A stretch of DNA of 13,276 nucleotides, from NCBI GenBank assembly GCA_041496385.1, contig JBGQEL010000119.1:1-13276 (forward strand), written 5' to 3'. Made by a program: the position numbers and the translations under genes. Source of the stretch: Candidatus Methylomirabilia bacterium. Lineage in GTDB: Bacteria; Methylomirabilota; Methylomirabilia; Rokubacteriales; CSP1-6. Shown piece after piece: positions 7,593 through 13,276 of the stretch. Each line of letters opens with the position of its first letter. The first letter of the stretch is position 1. A model generated the notes under the pieces. That model did no database searches and had not been told where the DNA came from. It worked only from the letters and a program-made list of their open reading frames with translations.

Positions 7593-8797
7593 GCCGGCGC
7601 CGTCTCGCCAAGGGCGGCGCCTGGGCACTGGCCGCGAGCCTGCTCCTCGCCGGCTGCTCGGACAACGCGTCGGGCAAGCCGGCCCGCGGCGCGCAGGCGC
7701 CGGCCGTGCCCGTGACGGTTGCCGATGTCGTCGAGAAGACCGTGCCGCTCCAGCTCACGGCCGTCGGCAACGCGCAGGCCTACACGTCCGTGGGCATCAA
7801 GTCGCAGGTCGCCGGCCAGATGATGCAGGTGCACTTCAAGGAGGGGCAGGACGTCCGGCAGGGCGACCTCCTCTTCACCATCGATCCGCGCCCCTTCGAG
7901 GCGACCCTCCGCCAGGCGGAGGCGGCGCAGCTCCAGCGTCAGGCCGAGGTGCAGCAGGCGCTGGCGAACCTCGAGCGCGACGCCGCGCAGCTCGAGAACT
8001 CGCGCGTGCAGGAGCGCCGGTACCGGGAGCTGGTGGACCGCGAGCTCGTCGCGCGGGAACAGTACGACCAGTTCCGCACGACGCTGGCGCAGATGGACGC
8101 GACGGTGGCGGCCGACCGCGCGGCGGTCGAGAACGCGAGAGCCTCGGCGCGGGCGGCGCAGGCGCTCGTGGACAACGCCAGGCTCCAGCTCGCCTACACG
8201 GCGATCCGCGCGCCGATCGACGGGCGGACGGGGAACGTCATGGTCCATACCGGAAACGTCGTGAAGGGTAACGACGACAATCCGATCGTCGTGATCAACC
8301 AGGTCCACCCGATCTACGTCTCGTTCTCGGTCCCCGAGCAGCACCTGGCGGACATCAAGAGGTACCGGGCCGCGGGCTCGCTCGCCGTCGAGGCGCGCGC
8401 GCCGCACCAGGCGCAGGCGCTCGCGCGCGGCGAGCTGACCTTCATCAACAACGCCGTGGACCAGGCGACGGCGATGATCCAGCTCAAGGCGACGTTCGTG
8501 AACACGGACAACGCGCTCTGGCCCGGACAGTTCGTCGACGTGGTGTTGACGCTCACGAGCCGCACCGCGATCGTGGTCGCCTCGCAGGCGATCCAGCCCG
8601 GCCAGCGGGGTCCGTTCGTCTACATCGTGAAGGCCGACCAGACGGTGGAGTCGCGCCCGGTCGTCCCGGGCACGCGGCTCGGCGCGGAGACCATCATCGA
8701 GCAGGGCGTGCGGGCGGGCGAGCGCGTCGTCACCGACGGCCAGCTCCGCCTCGTGCCCGGTGTGAAGGTCGAGGCGCGTCCCGCGAAGGCGTCATGA
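7589..8797 (+). CDS. RND efflux periplasmic adaptor (membrane fusion protein, MdtA-like), lipoprotein, 402 aa
   Basis: ATGA overlap with the marR stop and SD GGAGG (7576-7580). Lipobox LLLAGC. Motifs FKEGQDVRQGDLLFTIDPRPF, a coiled-coil hairpin, YTAIRAPIDGRTG, LWPGQFV, GERVVTDGQLRL. Confidence 0.93.
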   Translation: MSRRRLAKGGAWALAASLLLAGCSDNASGKPARGAQAPAVPVTVADVVEKTVPLQLTAVGNAQAYTSVGIKSQVAGQMMQVHFKEGQDVRQGDLLFTIDPRPFEATLRQAEAAQLQRQAEVQQALANLERDAAQLENSRVQERRYRELVDRELVAREQYDQFRTTLAQMDATVAADRAAVENARASARAAQALVDNARLQLAYTAIRAPIDGRTGNVMVHTGNVVKGNDDNPIVVINQVHPIYVSFSVPEQHLADIKRYRAAGSLAVEARAPHQAQALARGELTFINNAVDQATAMIQLKATFVNTDNALWPGQFVDVVLTLTSRTAIVVASQAIQPGQRGPFVYIVKADQTVESRPVVPGTRLGAETIIEQGVRAGERVVTDGQLRLVPGVKVEARPAKAS

Positions 8798-11700
8798 GCC
8801 CCGAGCTCTTCATCCGGCGGCCGGTCCTCACGACGCTCCTGATGGCCGCGATCCTGCTCTTCGGGATCATGGCGTTCCGGCTCCTGCCCGTGAGCGATCT
8901 GCCCAACGTCGACTTCCCGACGATCCAGGTCTCGGCCGCGCTGCCCGGCGCGAGCCCCGAGACGATGGCCTCCGCGGTGGCGACGCCGCTGGAAAAGCAG
9001 TTCACGACGATCGCGGGCATCGACTCGATGACGTCGTCCAGCGCGCTCGGGCTCACCCAGATCACGCTCCAGTTCAGCCTCGACCGGAGCATCGACGCGG
9101 CGGCGCAGGACGTGCAGGCGATGATCGCCAAGGCGGCGCCCCTCCTGCCGCCGAACATGCCGACACCGCCGACGTACCAGAAGGTCAACCCCGCCGACCA
9201 GCCCGTCATCTACCTGTCGCTCAGCTCGCCGACGCTGCCGCTCTACACGGTCGACGAGTACGCCCAGACGAGCCTCGCCCAGCGGATCTCGACCATCACC
9301 GGCGTCGCGCAGGTCCAGGTGTTCGGGTCGCAGAAGTACGCCGTCCGCGTGCAGCTCGACCCGCGCGCGCTCACGTCCCGCGGCATCGGCATCGACGAGG
9401 TCGCGCAGGCGCTCGGCCGCGGCAACGTCAACCTGCCCACGGGCACGCTGTACGGCGCGCAGCAGATGTTCAACGTCCAGGCCACGGGCCAGCTCATGAC
9501 GGCGGCCGCCTACCGCCCGCTCATCGTGGCGTACCGCAACGGCTCCCCCGTCCGGCTCGAGGAGCTGGGGCGCGTCGTCGACGGCGTCCAGACCGACAAG
9601 GTCGCGAGCTGGTACAACGATGAGCGCGCGGTGATCCTCGCCGTCCAGCGCCAGCCGGGCACGAACACGGTCGAGGTCGTGGACGCGATCCGCGCGCTCC
9701 TGCCGCGCTTCCGCCAGGAGCTGCCGGCGTCCGTGAACCTGAACGTGCTCTACGATCGTTCGATCGCGATCCGCGAGTCCGTGCACGACGTCGAGTTCAC
9801 CCTGATGCTCGCGATCGGGCTGGTCGTGCTCGTCATCTTCCTCTTCCTCCGGAACCTGTCGGCCACCATCATCCCGAGCCTCGCCGTGCCGCTGTCCATC
9901 ATCGGCACGTTCGCCGTCATGTACGTGCTCGGCTACACGATCGACATCATCTCGCTGATGGCGCTCACGCTCTGCGTCGGGTTCGTCGTGGACGACGCAG
10001 TCGTGATGCTCGAGAACATCGTGCGCCACATGGAGGAGGGCAAGGGCCGGCTCGAGGCCGCGCTGATCGGGTCCAAGGAGATCGGCTTCACGATCCTCTC
10101 GATGACGCTCTCGCTGGCGGCGGTCTTCATCCCCGTGATGTTCATGGGCGGCGTCGTCGGCCGTCTGCTCCACGAGTTCGCGGTCGTCATCACCGTCTCG
10201 GTCCTCGTGTCGGGGTTCGTGTCGCTGACGCTGACCCCCATGGCCTGCAGCCGGTTCCTGCGTCCGCCGGGGCAGTCGCACAGCCGGCTCTACATGCTCT
10301 CCGAGCGCTTCTTCGCCGGCATGCTCCGGCTGTACGACGTGACGCTCCAGTGGTCGCTCCGCCACCGCCGGGTGATCATGGCGATCCTGCTCCTGACCTT
10401 CGCGCTGACCGCGTGGCTCTTCGTGATCATCCCCAAGGGCTTCATCCCGACCGAGGACACCGGCCAGATCTTCGCGTTCACCGAGGCATCGCAGGACATC
10501 TCGTTCGACGCGATGGTGACGAAGCAGCGGGCGGCGGCGGCCATCGTCATGCAGCAGCCGTACATCGACCAGATCATGTCGTCCATCGGCGCGTCCACCA
10601 TCAACGTCGTGCCGAACACCGGGCGCATCTTCATGCGCCTCAAGCCCCGCGACCAGCGCCCGCCGGCCGACAAGATCATCGACGACCTCAGGCCCAAGCT
10701 CGCGTCGCTGCCCGGGTTCCGGGTGTATCCGCAAAACCTGCCGACGATCCGGATCGGCGGTAACCTCACGAAGGCGCTCTACCAGTACACGCTCCAGGCC
10801 CCGGACCTCCAGGAGCTCTACCGCTGGGCGCCCATCCTCTTCGACAAGATGCGGGGGCTGCCGGGCTTCCAGGACGTCAACACCGATCTCCAGATCGCGA
10901 GCCCGCAGATCACCGTGGACATCGACCGCGACCGGGCCTCGGCCCTCGGCGTCAGCGCCGAGCAGATCGAGACCGCGCTCTACAGCGCCTACGGCGCGCG
11001 CCAGGTCTCGACGATCTACACCCCGACGAACCAGTACTGGGTCATCCTCGAGCTCGACCCCAAGTACCAGCGCGACCCGACCGAGCTGTCGCTCCTCTAC
11101 GTCCGCTCGCAGTCGGACAAGCTCGTGCCGCTCTCCTCGGTGGCGCGCCTGAGGCCCACCATCGGACCGCTGACGATCACGCACCTGGGCCAGCTCCCGG
11201 CGGTGACGATCTCGTTCAACCTGAAGCCCGGCGTCGCGCTCAGCGAGGCCGTCGCGGAGGTCGGCAAGGTCCAGCGCGATCTCCAGCTGCCGGCCACGAT
11301 CATCGGCAGCTTCCAGGGCACGGCGCAGGCGTTCCAGGCCTCGCTCAAGGGCCAGGGCCTGCTCCTGATCGTCACGATCCTCGTGATCTACCTCGTGCTG
11401 GGAATCCTCTACGAGAGCTTCGTCCACCCGCTGACGATCCTCTCGGGGCTCCCCTCGGCGGGCGTCGGCGCGCTCCTCACGCTCCTGCTCTTCGGGATGG
11501 AGCTGAACGTCTACGGCTTCGTCGGCATCATCATGCTCGTCGGGATCGTCAAGAAGAACGCGATCATGATGATCGACTTCGCGCTCGAGGCCGAGCGCAA
11601 GGGGGCCACGCCCGCGGAGGCGATCTACAAGGGCTGCCTGCTCCGCTTCCGGCCGATCATGATGACGACGATGGCCGCGCTGCTCGGCACGCTCCCGATC

Positions 11701-11943
11701 GCGCTCGGCATCGGGGCGGGCGCGGACTCGCGGCGCGCGCTCGGGCTGGCGGTCGTCGGCGGCCTGCTCGTCTCGCAGCTCCTGACGCTCTACATCACGC
11801 CCGTGCTCTACCTCTACATGGAGGGGGCGCAGCGGTCGCTCACGACGCTCCGCGGCCGGTTCCGGCGCGAGCCCGTGGCGCGCGAGCGCCTGCTCGCCGG
11901 CGGCTCGGAGCCGCGCCCCGGCTTCGTCGACCGCCCGCGCTAG
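8794..11943 (+). CDS. RND efflux permease, HAE1 family (MdtB/MdtC-like), 1049 aa
   Basis: FIRRPVLTTLLM, LPVSDLPNVDFPTIQV, PGASPETMASAVATPLE, KVNPADQP. Proton-relay motifs VVDDAVVMLENI, VKKNAIMMIDF and RFRPIMMTT are intact. ATGA overlap with the adaptor stop. Confidence 0.96.
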   Translation: MSPELFIRRPVLTTLLMAAILLFGIMAFRLLPVSDLPNVDFPTIQVSAALPGASPETMASAVATPLEKQFTTIAGIDSMTSSSALGLTQITLQFSLDRSIDAAAQDVQAMIAKAAPLLPPNMPTPPTYQKVNPADQPVIYLSLSSPTLPLYTVDEYAQTSLAQRISTITGVAQVQVFGSQKYAVRVQLDPRALTSRGIGIDEVAQALGRGNVNLPTGTLYGAQQMFNVQATGQLMTAAAYRPLIVAYRNGSPVRLEELGRVVDGVQTDKVASWYNDERAVILAVQRQPGTNTVEVVDAIRALLPRFRQELPASVNLNVLYDRSIAIRESVHDVEFTLMLAIGLVVLVIFLFLRNLSATIIPSLAVPLSIIGTFAVMYVLGYTIDIISLMALTLCVGFVVDDAVVMLENIVRHMEEGKGRLEAALIGSKEIGFTILSMTLSLAAVFIPVMFMGGVVGRLLHEFAVVITVSVLVSGFVSLTLTPMACSRFLRPPGQSHSRLYMLSERFFAGMLRLYDVTLQWSLRHRRVIMAILLLTFALTAWLFVIIPKGFIPTEDTGQIFAFTEASQDISFDAMVTKQRAAAAIVMQQPYIDQIMSSIGASTINVVPNTGRIFMRLKPRDQRPPADKIIDDLRPKLASLPGFRVYPQNLPTIRIGGNLTKALYQYTLQAPDLQELYRWAPILFDKMRGLPGFQDVNTDLQIASPQITVDIDRDRASALGVSAEQIETALYSAYGARQVSTIYTPTNQYWVILELDPKYQRDPTELSLLYVRSQSDKLVPLSSVARLRPTIGPLTITHLGQLPAVTISFNLKPGVALSEAVAEVGKVQRDLQLPATIIGSFQGTAQAFQASLKGQGLLLIVTILVIYLVLGILYESFVHPLTILSGLPSAGVGALLTLLLFGMELNVYGFVGIIMLVGIVKKNAIMMIDFALEAERKGATPAEAIYKGCLLRFRPIMMTTMAALLGTLPIALGIGAGADSRRALGLAVVGGLLVSQLLTLYITPVLYLYMEGAQRSLTTLRGRFRREPVARERLLAGGSEPRPGFVDRPR

Positions 11944-12151
11944 TCCAGACCATTCCTGAGCGAGGAGACCGATGTCGGACGGGTGGCGCCGCAGGCTGTG
12001 CCCGCGCCGCCGGCGAAGTGGGCCCCCCGAGTCCCGCCCGCAGCTCGAAGAGCTGCGCTCGGGCACGTGGGTGACGTTGCCGGGGCGGGGGCACAGCCTA
12101 CGGCGCCAGGACCCGTCCGCCTCGCGTGGGATCGTTCATGGATAGTCCGGG
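11944..12151. mobile_element. Putative 208-bp MITE-like fold-back element with a CTAG target-site duplication
   Basis: CTAG at 11940-11943 and 12152-12155. Terminal inverted repeats 11944-11963 and 12132-12151 match at 14 of 20 positions. 12-nt spacers on both sides enclose a 144-nt hairpin (11976-12119). No transposase is present. Confidence 0.65.
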
Positions 12152-13276
12152 CTAGTCGAGCGGCGGGCGCCGGCCGGCCCAGGGGCGCGCGGCTTCGAAC
12201 GCAGCGGAGGCCTGGAGCACGGTCAGGTCGGCGAAGCGGCGGCCGACGATCTGGAGGCCGACGGGCAGCCCGGCGGGCGTGAAACCGGCGGGCACCGAGG
12301 CCGCCGGGTGGCCGGTGAAGTTGAACGGATAGCTGAACGAGGCCCACTCGATCCAGTCCCAGGCGTGCTGCGGCCAGTGCTCCGGGTTCAGCCGGCCGAC
12401 GGGGAACGCGGCGACCGAGAGCGATGGGGTCAGGAGCAGCGCGTACGTCTCGAACAGCGGGCGCACGCTGTCGCAGTACGCGAGCTTCCGGCCGCGCGCC
12501 TCGACGTAGTCGACGGCGCTGTAGGAGAGCCCCTGCTCGATACAGGCGACCAGGCCCGGATCCATCCGGTCGCGCCACTCTCGAAGCTGCGCCGCGCGGT
12601 TGCCGGCCTCGTGCGTGCTCCAGAGACAGCGGATCAGCTCGTGCGAGTCGGCGAAGCCCGGCCTCACCTCCTCGACGACGCAGCCGAGCGACTCGAACAC
12701 GCGCGCCGACTCGCGCGCCACGGACGCGACCTCGGGGTCCACGCGCAGGCCGCCCAGGTCGGGGCTCCACGCGACGCGCAGGCCCTTGATCCCGTCGCCC
12801 AGGCGGCCGACGTAGTCCGCGGGCGCGGCCTCGAGCGACGTGCGGTCCATGTCGTCGGGACCGGCCATCACGGAGAGCATCAGCGCCGCGTCCGCGACCG
12901 TGCGCGTCATCGGGCCCGTGTGCGAGGCGTAGTCGTTGTTGGAGACCGGCCACATGGGCACCCGGCCGAAGGACGGCTTGAGCCCGTAGACGCCGCAGAA
13001 GGCTGACGGGATGCGGATGGAGCCGGCGCCGTCCGAGCCCTGATGCAGCGGCCCGAGGCCCGCGGCGGCCGCGGCACCCGCGCCCGCGCTCGATCCCCCG
13101 GTCGTCATCGCCGGGTTCCAGGGATTGCGCGAGATGCCCGTGAGCGGGCTGTCGCCGAGCCCCTTCCAGCCGAACTCGGGCGTCGTCGTCTTGCCCACCA
13201 TGATGCCGCCGGCCGCGGCGAGCCGCGGCACGAAGGGCGCGTCCACGTCGGGCACGCGGTCGGCGAAGATGAACGA
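12152..13276 (-). CDS. Amidase signature family protein (GatA-like fold); start lies outside the window
   Basis: Frame is open to the window edge (SFIFADRVPDVDAP). Motifs GKTTTPEFG, RNPWN, the signature GGSSAGAGAAAAAG...GSDGAGSIRIPSAFCGVYGLKPSFGRVP, HTGPMTRTVADAA, PFNFTGHPAASVP and GLPVGLQIVG. Confidence 0.95.
   Translation of the reverse strand, partial: SFIFADRVPDVDAPFVPRLAAAGGIMVGKTTTPEFGWKGLGDSPLTGISRNPWNPAMTTGGSSAGAGAAAAAGLGPLHQGSDGAGSIRIPSAFCGVYGLKPSFGRVPMWPVSNNDYASHTGPMTRTVADAALMLSVMAGPDDMDRTSLEAAPADYVGRLGDGIKGLRVAWSPDLGGLRVDPEVASVARESARVFESLGCVVEEVRPGFADSHELIRCLWSTHEAGNRAAQLREWRDRMDPGLVACIEQGLSYSAVDYVEARGRKLAYCDSVRPLFETYALLLTPSLSVAAFPVGRLNPEHWPQHAWDWIEWASFSYPFNFTGHPAASVPAGFTPAGLPVGLQIVGRRFADLTVLQASAAFEAARPWAGRRPPLD

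Noticed and set aside
8620..12066. 1148-aa minus-strand ORF (similarly 4995-6560 and 7385-8407)
   Set aside because: Antisense shadows of the RND, membrane enzyme and adaptor genes; no domain signal.
11944..12151. 6S RNA, SRP RNA, tRNA or CRISPR interpretation of the long hairpin
   Set aside because: No SRP GGAA/GCAGC domain IV motif, cloverleaf or repeat-spacer periodicity. No clear 6S-type central bubble. Terminal repeats plus a duplicated target fit a mobile repeat better. An Rfam search was not run.
12152..13276. Calling the amidase gatA
   Set aside because: No gatB follows it and the sequence shows only generic amidase-signature motifs; substrate unknown.

Overview
High-GC bacterial window. 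The gene families and GC-rich palindromes suggest Ca. Rokubacteria/Methylomirabilota, but this is inference only. From left to right: (1) a 5'-truncated class III nucleotidyl cyclase-STAND/AAA NTPase-TPR gene carrying an in-frame palindromic insert (760-803) and a large internal deletion with a frameshift near 972; (2) a family-5 (Dpp/Opp-type) ABC transporter with a binding protein and two permeases but no ATPase; (3) a 14-TM membrane protein whose spermidine-synthase/SAM-methyltransferase-like domain sits between two MFS-like halves and is predicted to be extracytoplasmic; (4) a MarR regulator, MdtA-like adaptor and single MdtB/C-like RND permease, with a candidate operator; (5) a convergent amidase-signature gene that starts beyond the right edge. 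The most notable non-coding feature is the 208-bp gap between the RND gene and the amidase. It is a symmetric fold-back, MITE-like element with imperfect terminal inverted repeats, flanked by a duplicated CTAG that supplies the stop codons of both genes.
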